Assembly (NCBI GenBank): GCA_963613725.1
Contig: CAVEAP010000002.1
Coordinates: 1 to 30,641, forward strand
Direction: 5' to 3'
From: [Ruminococcus] torques
GTDB lineage: Bacteria > Bacillota > Clostridia > Christensenellales > UBA1242
DNA: 30,641 nt
Part shown: one piece after another, positions 8,337 through 20,600 of the stretch
Layout: every line of letters begins with the position of its first letter
Position numbering within the stretch: the stretch's first letter is position 1
Position numbers and translations under genes: made by a program
The notes under the pieces: generated by a model
What the model was told of the DNA's origin: nothing
The model's database searches: none
Seen by the model: only the letters and a program-made list of their open reading frames with translations

Positions 8337-8385
8337 TGTTAGTTTCAAAAAATGAAAACTAAAATTACATGTTTTTTGTTTTGGT

Positions 8386-8560
8386 AGCAATGACTAAGTG
8401 AGAATTAAAGAAAATTTTCTTGCAAAACGATTGAGAGAGTTAGAAGCCAATTTTTTGTAAAACGAAGTGAAAAAGTTAAAAAACAATTTTTTTGTAAAAT
8501 AACCAAGAGGTTAAAACAATTTTTTAAATGACTGAGGGGTTAAAAAACAGTTTTTTGCAA
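8386..8560. repeat. Degenerate tandem repeat, about 5 units of 29-37 bp
   Basis: Units begin near 8386, 8421, 8456, 8493 and 8525. Consensus is approximately TGYAAAAYGA.TGAGAG.GTTAAAAAACAATTTTTT. Confidence 0.65.
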
Positions 8561-8640
8561 GTTGTTTTTTGGTGTCATTTGGTCTTTGTTTTTTAATTCC
8601 TTTTTTAAACCATCTAACTTCTGCTTTTTTTGTAAGTTAC

Positions 8641-11600
8641 TCAATAAGTGTTTGAATAAATTGCTTTTCCTGGGATTCCAATAAAGTCGCGAGCAGTGTT
8701 AATGTTAAATCCTTTGGTGTATATTACACAGATTTCTTTTGTATCTGGCGTAATTTGTTTTACTTTTCCAGAAATTGTAGCCCACCCTTTATTTTCATCT
8801 TTTGAAATAGTGGTTGAAACACAATAATCCATGCCCTGGTAATTAACATAATCACCAACTTCATAACTTACACCAGACGAATAAGAATCAATTGCTTTAT
8901 CGTAACCAACAACAATTCTTCCAAAGGTAAGTTTGATTAGTGCGGTGTTGGTCTCTTTCTTTGTAATCTCTGGTATAGTACAAATAATGTAGGCGTTTGT
9001 ATAATTATCACTTCCATATGTTACTCGTGTTGTGTCTTGTTTATAATATGTGCAAGAAACTCCGCCAGTATCATAACCAATGTGCATTCCAACAATTGCT
9101 TGGTAGTTATACAAAAGCTTGTCATTGTTGTAGTAAGCTTTTTCAATAGCTGTTGGAACCTCGTTTATTCCACCATAAAAGTCAGTCATATCACCGCTAA
9201 CAGAAACGCCCATTGGTGTGCCAATTGGCTTTCCTTTGCTATCTGTGGTGTAGGAATCATACAAAATAAATTTCTTGTTATCATCACCATAAATGTAATA
9301 CATGTAAATACTTTTGTAAAATGCTTCTCTATATGCTATTTCATTAAATCCCTCTTCTTCCGTTGTATAATCAGATTTTAAAGGAATTTTTATGCCACCC
9401 CAATGAAGTGTTGGTTTGTTATCTGTGATTTTGGCTTGGTCATCAATTTTAAGTTGCCAAAAGTTTTCAATGCTTGCATAGTTAGAGCCAAAAAGTCCTC
9501 CAACCAAAGTGTCTGCATTGTAAATTTGAGCATTTATAACCGTGTCAAAAACTTTTCCAGTAGCAAAATTAACTCCAGCAACTCCACCAAAATTGTAAGT
9601 GCCAAGATATGTGTCTGTTGCTCCAACCTTCACATAAAGATAGTTAACATAATTTTGACTTGTTCCACCTTCAATCGTTCCACCATTAACTCCAACAAGT
9701 CCTCCAACATTGTGATGACCTTTTATGTTAGTTCTTTTTCCATTAGAATCAGAAGGGAACTTTGGATAGGTTAAGGTTGCGTCCTTTTCATTGTAACCAA
9801 TTGCGCCTCCAACAATTCGGGTTCCACTAATGGTTGGCTGTTTTGATGTGGACTCTTCCACAGTTCCTTGGTTGTCCCCAACAAAACCACCAACTTTGAC
9901 GTCTCCACCAACAGTTCCTTGACTAATGGTGCAAGTTGAAATTTTGGCTTTAGCTTCATTCAAGCCAACAAAACCACCAACGCAAGTTGTTCCTTCGATT
10001 GTTGAAGAGTTCACAGAAATGTTTGTTATTGAGCCAGTGTTTTGTCCTGCAATTCCACCAACATTTTCGGTTCCTTCAACATTTGGGTTTAAAATGGATA
10101 TGGCAGAGTTGTCGCTTCCAATTGTTGATGTGTTTTTCCCTGCAATTCCACCAACATTGGTGGTTCCGTTAACCTTAACTTTGCATAATTCAAAACTGTT
10201 TGTGGTGGTGTCGGTTGCTGAAACAGAAGTGTCTTGACCAGCAGAAGCCGTTTTGATTGGCGCAAATGTTCCGTTGTTTAAGCCAATGATTCCACCAACA
10301 TTTTCTTTTCCTGAAATTTGTATCATAAAGTTATCTTCATTAGAAAATTTGATTGCAGTTGGAATAAATGAGTAATTTTCAGCCAGTGTTCCCACAAGTC
10401 CACCAACATTGGTTTCGCTGTTGTTTATGACAATTGATTGTTCTGACCTTAAAAGTTCAATGTTTCCTGAAATGTTTCCACCAGCATAGCCAACAAGTCC
10501 TCCAACATTGGTGGTTCCGTTGACACTCACAGAACCTTGAGTAACAAAGTTGATTGAGGTGGTGTTTTCAAGCTTTCCAATCACTCCAATGTTTGTAGTT
10601 CCTTTTATGCTAACTGAATCAGTGATTTTTATGTTGATGTTATATTGTTCGTTGCCCTCTTCTTGTCCGCCAACATAAGAACCAACCGCACCCACATTTA
10701 TGTTTCCTTTGAATGTTATGTTTGAAAGTTCCAAACCTGCTTGTGTGTCATTTGTTCCTTTTCCAGTAAATATGTCAACACCAGAATCAAGCTCTGCAAT
10801 TTGGTTTTCGCAATAACCAATTGCACCAACATTTTCGTTTCCTGAAATTGTAAACATAGCCTTTGGTCCTCTTACCTTAACAACTTGAACAAAAGAAGTT
10901 TTGGTGCTTTTTCCAATGATTCCAACATTGTTGCTGGAGGTTTCTGTGTTAAATTTAATGATGTTTGAATCAGATGATTCAGCATTGATGCTTGTGTTGT
11001 TTTTGGTTTCTGTTTCGCCCTCGGTTGTTTTGTCCTCGGTTGTTTCAGGTCCAGTTGCATTTGTTGAAATGTAAATTCCCAAGTTGGAAACCCTTCCCTC
11101 ATTAAGCCCAACAAAACCAATGTTGTCGCCCTTATCAAATGTAAAGGTGTTGTCTGAGTGCGAAAGTCCAACATAAACAGAATCTAAAACAGCATATTGT
11201 CTGTTAACAGACACCAAAATTCCTTGTCCGCTGTTGTCTTCCGATGCTGAATTAAAGGTTACTTTCATTGGTGAGCTTATTTGCTCATTTGATGTTGTTT
11301 TGGAACCTGTTTCGGTTGTGCTGGTTTCATTTGTCAAAGTGTTGCCAGCAGACTCGCCCTCGCCCGAAGAAGTGTTTTTGACTGGGTTTGAGTTAACAAA
11401 AACATCACGAACAATGACATTTGAAATTAGTCCTGAACTTAGTTTTGAAATTGATTCTGAACTTGATTCTGAACTTGATTGTTCTTCTGCTTGAGTGCCT
11501 ATGTTTTCACCCGTGATTAGTCCAAGCAATTTGAATCCTGAAATTGTTACGGAATCAACATGAACAGCATCACTGGTGGCAATAGAAGTGCCTTTAATCA

Positions 11601-14600
11601 CACCTCTGTTTGCTCCAGCAATTCCACCAATGTGGTGGCCTCCTGTTAGGGTTGAATTGTAAATGGAACTTGTTCCAATGGTTGAACAAGAATCATTGTA
11701 GCCAACAAGTCCGCCAACATAACGGTCAGATGTAATGTTCAAATTTTTAACATCATAGCCATAGATGTTAGCCTCTACGTTAGCAGGATTATTTTTTCCA
11801 TAAGAATAGCCAACAAGTCCGCCAACAAAACCTGTTTTTCCGCCCGTAACATCAAAACCTTTTTGTGTAAGTAACTTTTGTGTCTCATCCTCAAGTGCAT
11901 CAAGTGCATAACCGTAGGTCTCAATTGTTGCATTGCTGAAACTTGTTACATAAATGGTTTGTCTGTTGTAGCCAACAATTCCTCCAACATAAAGAGCATT
12001 TCCTGATATTTCCATTTTGTAGTCTTTTCCATCATTGCAATCGTTGTAAATAATTTGTTGTTTGGTGTTGGAATTTCCTTTAACAACACCAATTTGGCGA
12101 AAACTACGTCCAAAAAGTCCGCCCACACTGTTGGCATTTGTTGAGTTGATGTTTATGTTTGTTTCAATAACATATTCCATAACACATTCAAAATCAGTGT
12201 TGTTGTCCCCGCCATTCAGAGTGTCACCGTTAAAACCAATCAAACCACCAACATATTGTGCTTTTGGGTTTTTTATGCTTATGGTTGGATAGGTGTTTTT
12301 GCTGTTTTGGTCTTTTGTGATTGTTATGGCAACTGTTGAGCTACCTGCACCAGTTGTTGCCTTTGCAAATTGTCCCGCAATTCCACCAAGGCTAGTAACA
12401 GAAGATTCGCTTTCATAGTTGATGGTTATGTTGCCATTTACGGTGGTTTGGCTTCCAGTTGAAATTTTGTAGATTCCCGCAATTCCACCCACATTTGTGA
12501 TGGAGTTTTCTGAACTTATTGTAAGGTTAACACTTGCAGTATCTTTTAAGGTTATTCCACCATAAATTGCTCTGATTTCTCCAAAAATTCCACCAACATT
12601 GGCTGCTCTTGCGTTAATTGTTGCCTCAACTTTTTTGCCAATTTCAACTTTTCCTGAACCATTGTTCACTCCAACAACAAAACCAACCGATTTTGCATTT
12701 CCACTAACAGTAACATTTTGAACGCCCACATTATCATCTGGTTTCACTGAATCTATGGGATTCATTGTTATGTTTGCTGTGTTTTGTCCAACAAGCCCAC
12801 CAACAACAACTCCAATTTCGGCATTTGTGGTGGTTTGCTTGTCTGTTTCATTGTCATTAGCACTTGCTTTTGAATTGTTGAATTTAGCAGCATTAACAGA
12901 AATTGAGACATCTTTCACGCCCGATTCGCTGATGCTTCCGTAAACAATTTTGGTGGTGTCATTGACCACAGTGTCGCCCTCTTGAGCAGTTTGTTGAACG
13001 GAGGCTGTTTTGTTGACTGCAACAAATCCGCCAACAAACACTTCTTGCCCACTGCCATTTTTAACATTGATTGTTACATTTGAAACAAAAGTGTTTGTGA
13101 TTTGCGCCAAACTTGAATCGGCAACAATTCCAAGCCGAGCAAAGTTTTCTTTGTTGTCTGCATCAAGCTCATTGCCAAATTTTGCGTTTGCCAAAACATG
13201 TGAAATGTTTACATTTGAAACACTGTTGCCCTCAACATAGCCTGTTGTTGAATCGTTTGAGGTAAACAAAACTGCACTGTTTTTGCTTGCAATAAGACTT
13301 ACATTTGAAATGTTAAGATTTGTTACAGTTCCAGCAAAAACATCAATCATGCTGTCGTTGGTAAGCCCAAAGTTTTCGATTTTGTGAGTTTTGCCATATG
13401 TTGTTATTCCTGTTTCAGCATTTGTTAGCACAACTTGTCCAGTAAGATAAGTTTGTTTTGTGCCATTGTTTTGCCCTGCAAAATATGTTCCAAGGTGTGA
13501 AAGTTCAAGGCCTTCCATGTTAATGTTGCTTGCAATCACAATGTTGTAAGGATGAAACACATTTTTCTCGTTTTCTTGATAGTATTGCACAAGTGCAATG
13601 TATTGCTCTTTTGTTGTGATGTAGATTGTGCCTTTTTTATCTTCTTTGATGTCCCAATCGTCAGAAAGTGTTATGTTGTCTTCAGAATCTGTGTAGTTGT
13701 CGGTGCCAATAATTCCAAACACATCATATTTTGAAGCGTTTTTGTCAAATGCACGCAAAACAAAGGTTCCTGTGCCTGTTTCATCATCAACCTTGCCACT
13801 TTGATGTTTCACATACCAAACATCAATCAAATCTTCAGCACCAAACAAAATATCACAGACATTGCTGTAAGAAACTGTTGTTGTGTCATAAAGCGTTCCA
13901 TTATTGTCAATACGCTGATTGTTTGTAAGACTGTTTTGCAAACTTCCATTTCCAGAATTGAAGAACAATTTTATTACTTTTTCGTTTGGCTTGCAATCTG
14001 CTTTAATGTAAATTTCCTTCAAGGCTCCATTGTTTGTGATTGCAACATAACATGGTGCAGAGTTATTTTTAAAGTTGCTATTTTTAAAGCCTAATTTTTC
14101 AATTGTTCCATGGTTTTCGTCAAACAAAACACCTTGGCTGTTTTGAATGTAAAAACCATTTCCGTTCAAAACACTACCATGTTCACCACCAAAGGTTGCT
14201 GTGCTAACCATATCCTTTCCGGTTAGTTGTGAATAGCTTGTGCTAATTGAAGCATAATCTAGGTCAATGCCCATTTGAACATAAGGATAGGAAATGTTTG
14301 GGTTCTTTGCTGTTTCTTCTTTTTCTTTTTTGGTTTGTTCATCAAGATTTTTGTCATCAATTTTGTCCAAAATTCCTTTGTTTTGTTGCGTTGCCCAAAC
14401 AAAGTGTGAGGCATGCTTAACAACAAATGGACTGCTTTCTGTTCCAATTCCTGTGCTTTGCCCCATGTTTGCAACAATTCCCGGAGTGCAAAGCCCAAAG
14501 TTGTAGCCAATGTTTGCTTGCCAGTTGTAGCCAATGTTTGCTTGCCCAGAGAAATTGTCTGAAAGTGTGTTGTAAAATTCAGTGTCTTTGTTTGCAATTT

Positions 14601-17600
14601 CGGTTGAAGCATAGAACTTTTTTGCACCTGATTGTTTGGCAATTGTGTATTTTTTGTCTTTGCTAATGCTAACACCGTTTTCATCTGTTGGGTTTTCGTT
14701 TTGAAGATTGGTGTCATACCAAAGGTTGCGAGTGCAAGATGAGGCATTAAGTGTTTCAGAAGCCCCAACAATTGATGAAGCCTTTATTTTTTCCCCTTCT
14801 GTCTTTGGACTGTCTCCGCTTTGGTAAATTTTGTAGTCATTTGCACCTTGTTTTACAACCGCAGTTGCCGAAACATAGGAGTTTTCAAGATAAGTTTTTC
14901 CATTGATGTTTTGACCACCAAAGGTGTCTTCATCAGCACAAGAAAGAATTGCTCCTGCAAGTCCGCCCGCAACAAAGTTTCCAACTTGTCCAAAACGAAT
15001 TGTTCCTGTGAAAAAGCTGTTTGAAACGGCATAGATTGTTGGGTTGTCAACTTTTAAGCCTTTTGTGATTGGGTTGAGTTTTGAATTAGAGCCATAGTCA
15101 AATTTGTTTGGATTGCCAATGTCATAGCCTTTTAAAAGCCCCGCAAGTCCACCAACATAAACTGTGCGAGTGCTACCATTGACAGTTCCTCCGTTTGCCC
15201 AAACATCAGCAGAAGAACCACTTGCAACAATTTGCCCAAAGTTTCGCCCCGCAATTCCGCCAATGGCATTGTTTGCGGTTAATGTTCCATTCAAAATGAT
15301 GTTTCCTGACGTTACACAGCCATAAACAATTCCGTGAGCGTCAACTGTTCCAACCAAAATTCCTACACTAACATATTCACCACTTTTGTTGTTTTTAACC
15401 GCAAGTTTTTCATAGTTTGCATTTAGGGCTGTAACAGCAGAACCACGATAGTAACTGAACGAAGTTGTTGTTGCAACTGAGGCGGTGTGAGTTTTGTCGA
15501 TTGATTTAAGCCCACCAAACAAGCCAGCATTTTTAACCGTTCTTCCATAAAGGTCACTTACAATTGCCCCTGTGATTGAATGGCCGTTTCCGTTGTAAAA
15601 ACCAACAAAATTGACATCTGAAATGTCGGTGCCAGTGATGTCGGCGGTTTGAATGTAGTAGGTGTAGGTTTGATTGTCCAAAACTGTTTTAAATTCTTCT
15701 AGGTTTGAAATGGTTTTTGGATTTAATTTTGTTCCTTTTTCTGCGTTCACAACAACTTGTTTGTATTTTTCAATGAAGTTGTAGGTTGGGTTGCCATCTG
15801 CATCTTGCATCACACATTCAACTTTGCTTGGGTCATCAAAAAGTTCAAGATTTAAAATTGGATAACTAAAACTTCCTGTCCAACGAAATACACTAAAACC
15901 ATACATGTTTAAAATTATGTTATCGGTTGAAAGTGCGTGATAGGTGGCATTAAAGGTGGTGTTGCTTTCATTCACTGTTTGTTGTGAAACAAGTGCCACT
16001 TGTTTGTCATAGAAAACATTAACATTATTGCCTTCGTTCAAACTAGGTGCTGAATGACCAAACAAAGCGTTAACATTTTTTAGTGTGGTGTAGTTCATTA
16101 TGCTTGCAACAGATTCAACATATGAAACATTTCCTTCAATCTCTCCCGCAAGTCCGCCGACATATTGACAGTCTTGGCCCATGTTAACCACATTCCAACG
16201 AGTTGTTGTTGAATCAGTTGAATCAAGGGTGTTGATGATGATGTTTGGAGCATTCACAACCTTTGAAAGGTCGGCATTTGCTTTGCCAACAACTCCGCCA
16301 ACATAAAAACCTGAATTTTGTTCAGACACAACATCAACAACAATGTCGCCCAAAACAACAATGTTTGTGAGTGCTGACAAGCTTTCGCTTCTGCCCACAA
16401 TTCCGCCAACATAATGCGTTGTTCCTGCCAACAATTTTGCGTTCATTGTAACATCGGCAACCATGCCATCTAGTGTAACATTTTTCATCATTCCAGCAAT
16501 TCCACCTTGGTTGATGATAGGAACATTATTGTTGGCATTTGGATTGTTTGTTGATGAAATGGTTTCGATGATTCCAGAAAAGAACCCTTGTTTAACCAGC
16601 AAACTTTCTCCTGAATTTGAACTTCCGCTGATGCTTCCAAAAAGTCCACCAGTCATGCCACTTGCTTTAATGTTTTTAAGGTCAAGATAAATGTCGGCAT
16701 CAACAACAAGGTTTTTAAGTTCAACTTCGGTTCCTTTTGTGTCAACACAACTGTTTCCAATGTATTGCCCCACAAGTCCACCAGTGTAAAAATTTGTCTC
16801 GCTAGAGATTTGTGGATAAGGAATAAGGTCAATTTGATTTTTGGCTGAAGTCATTGCAACCGCATTCATTGTAACAGTTTTATGTTCTGAGTCATAGGTG
16901 TAGTATCTGTTGTTAAACAAGAATTGCCCATTGTTGTCAATTTTTGCAATATTTTTTTTGTTTGCTTGTATCTTGTCCCCGTTAACAACACAAGTTGTGC
17001 CATCAATTTCAAAACTGTTTGTGTTTGTGTCAAATTCAATTGTTTTTGTTTTAAATTCATAGGTTACATCATCAATTTCAAAAATGGCGCCCTCAATGTT
17101 AATATTTTTTTGGCTTTCTTCGGAAATTTTCTTGAACAATTTTCCTTGGAAGATAATGTAGGAATCACCGTTAATTTTAACTTCTCCAGAACGGGTGGTG
17201 TCGGTTACGGTGGCACTATCAATTTTTTGTGTGTTGTTTGAATTGTCATTTGTGAAGTAAATCTTTGTGGTGTCAATTCCGTTTTCAACAACATAGTAGG
17301 TTCTTGGGCTTAACACCGCATTGTTAATGTCAAAAAACGAATTGGTCTGCTTAAAGGAAACTTCTGTTGTTGTTCCAGCCGTTGTGATGTAAATAGATTT
17401 TGGCGCTTCGGCAACAAGAGTTATTTTGGTGTTATCTTTTTTGTAAAGTTTTTCGTTAATTTCAAAGTAACTTTCTTTGTTTTGTGAGGAAAGAACAAAA
17501 TCGTTTTCTTTTTTGATTGTGATGTTTCGGATTGTGGTGTCGGTGGCCGTTCCAATCAAAAGACCAAAAGTGTTTGCAGTGCCATTATAGTCATGCCCAG

Positions 17601-20600
17601 TGATTCCAACAACATTAAGGTTTTCAATAACAGCGCCATTGGTTGTTCCCCAAAGTCCGTTGTGTTCACCCTTAATGTCAATGTTGTAGATTGTGTTCAC
17701 AATTTGGTTGCCCTCTTCATCTTCAACAAGCCCAGTAAGGCTTCCTGTAAACACTGTTCCCTCTCTACCAATGCTTGTATAATCAACCCCGCTAAAATCA
17801 AGGTCGTTCATAAGTTGATAGTCGGCATCTGGGTTTTCGTTCATTGCAAGCCATTCATCGGTTGTTGTGATTTGAATTTTTGTGAAGCCAACAATTGGGT
17901 CATAGATTGGCATTCCATAGGCATCATAGTTTGTGATTTTGTAGTCACTGAGCCTTGTTGAATTTTCGTTGATTTGTGTTCCATAGTCATAAATTGACCA
18001 AACTTCAAACATGCGGTCATAGGTTTTTGACTTGTTGTAACTGAAGTTATACATGCTGTTACGAGTAAGCCCTGAAGCAAGGTCAACATATTCAACATAA
18101 CTTCCATTGTTTTGCGAAACCAAAACAGATGAAGCCTCACTTTCACCAACAAGCGCAAGGGTTAATGCAGTTGTTGTTTCAGAAGATGATGTGATGTTTT
18201 GCTGACTTGCAAAAACTTTTGACACATAAAAGTTTTTCTCACCTGATTGCTTAACCTTTCCTGTCTTGAAGTTTTCTTCGTTGTAAACAGCATCACTTTT
18301 AATGCTTGTGTGCCCTGAAACACCCAAAAGGTTGCTGTATTCCAAAGGATAGTCAGAAGTGTTTTGGGTGGTTCGCCCAATAAAGCCTCCCAAATGTCCG
18401 TTTGATTGAATGTTTGAAAGTTTTGAATAATCTTCAAACGACCAGTTGTTTTTTGCAACAATTCGGTTGATTCTTGCAACTTGATAGGTCATTCCAGCAT
18501 AGGACCATTGATTGATTTTTGTTGCATAGTGATTTGTGTTGCCTTCCCTTTTTATTTGATTTTCTATAGCCTGTGTTGATGTGTAAACAGCATCATCATA
18601 GATAAAGCATTGACTTAGCAAAGCCGAGTTGTCATCTTGTGTTGTTGGTTGTTTTAGGGTGTAATAGTAATAAGTTGACATTACCCCATTAACTGTTAAT
18701 TCTAATTTGTTTGCGTTAATGGCATAAGACTTGTTGTTTACGATTGCCTCAGTTGGTGCGCCACCGCTTCCGTGTTTCAAAACAATGGTGTAGGAAGTGT
18801 CCATGCCATTGTTTGAGATTTTGATTGTGAATTGGTTGTTTTTGATTGTGCTGAATGGGCTTGTTAGAACTTTTTTGAGTTCTTCATCGTTAAAGGTCAA
18901 AATTCCACCAAAAGCACCACCTGTTGTGCCTGTGGCTGAACTCAAAACGCTTCCTGTTGCAAAATTGCTGTCAAATTGTCCACCAACAGCAACACCAACA
19001 ATTCCGCCCGCAATTTTTGCCAAAGTGTTCACAACTCTTACTTTTGAATAACTGTTTTTGATTGTTCCTGCCTGACTTCCGTTGGCAATTCCAATGTTAA
19101 ATCCAACAACACCACCAATAGCATAACTTGAACCTTGGAAAGATGAAAATCTTTCGCTACTTGAAACTGCTCCAACATAGGTGGAAGCATCAACAACATC
19201 TTGAATTTCTTGTTTGTAGGTTATGCGAGCATAGTTCAAAGCCCCATGGTTTTCACCAACAACACCGCCAGCAAAACGACTGCCCTTGATGTAGGCACCA
19301 TCTTCGGTAACTTTCCAAAGGTCGGAGGCTTGCGAAGATGCTCCCAAAAGTCCAACAACACCACCAGCAATTGTTCCAACTGTTTTGCTTGTGCCAGTTA
19401 CTTTAAGGCTTGTTAGTTTAACTTCACTGAAATAACTGTGGCTGAGAACCAAAAGTTCTTTTCCAAATGGAGTTAGGTCGCAAACTCCCAAAATTCCACC
19501 AGCATAGCAAAGTGAAATGTCAGAAAATGTTGACAATTTAATGATGTCTTTGTCAATTTGTGGCGAGCCATCTTCTGAAGAATAGCCATAAAGATTCAAA
19601 AGGTCTCGGTTGTAGGTGTAGGTGTTGCTTTCGCTGTTTCCAAACACTGCACTAACCGACAAATCTGAGGTTACATTGAACACTTGTGATTTTCCAACAA
19701 GTTTTCCAAAAAGTCCCCCCACCATGTTACGACCAATGACATGAACATTTGACGTGTTCTTGGCTGTTAAGGTAACGCCCGAAACAACAACATTGTTTGC
19801 ATAACCAGCGAGCGCACCAACATAGTTCACAAGTGATGCTCGCACTGCAATCACGCCAAGTTCAAGGTTTGTTATGCTTGCATAAGTTTGCCCAACAAAA
19901 TTGTCATTTTCATCTTGTTTTGTCAAAATTTGTCCAAACAAACCAAAGGTGCTGTATTTTTTGCCCAAAGTTTCAATTGGAGTTTCAACATCTTTGCGTG
20001 CCGAAAGGTCAATGCTGTTAATCTTGAAGCCATTTCCTTCAATTCTTCCAGCAAATGTTCGTGTTCCAAAAATTGAAATGTCAAGACCTTTTTCAACAAG
20101 GTCGTTTAGGTCAATGTTTGAAACAAGCCTATACCAATCATCTACAATGTAACCATCATTGTAATCATCAACAAGGTTGTAATAAAGTTCTTCTGCCGAA
20201 GAAATAACTCGTGGTCCAACAACAAGGCTTTCACCCACAATGTTTGCTTTGTAGGTTATTTCAGTTTGATTGCCGTTAAGGCGCCCCTCATAAATGTATT
20301 TTGCCTCTTGTGTGCTGTAGGTGGCTGTTTGCCAACCCTCGCTTGCAACAAGGTGTGCCGACACCAGTTGAGGCCCCAAAATGCTGATTGTTGGAGTGTT
20401 GTCCGAACCATATTTGCGATTTTCGGCATCAATCAAATCTTGCCCCAAAATGTTTTTGGTGTTAAAAAATTGATTTGTGTCAGAGTTTGCAAAAACCCAA
20501 TTGTTTGTGATTTCCAAAAGCACTTTTGAATCGGCTTCGTTGTTTCTGGAAACGCCAAAATATTCCCAAGCATCCATGTTTCGGTTGTTTTTGTTGATGA

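Noticed and set aside
7792..8560. CRISPR array interpretation of the repeats
   Set aside because: There are only two 85-bp direct copies plus an inverted one. The 35-bp array lacks identical repeats with unique spacers. No cas genes are present.
8641..8643. Alternative genetic code (TGA read as Trp) extending the giant gene or yyaC
   Set aside because: There is no in-frame TGA in 7277 codons, so all Trp are TGG, and yyaC ends at its expected family C-terminus.
8641..9450. Diversity-generating retroelement target region
   Set aside because: No reverse transcriptase is present and I saw no template repeat differing only at adenines. A remote DGR cannot be excluded.
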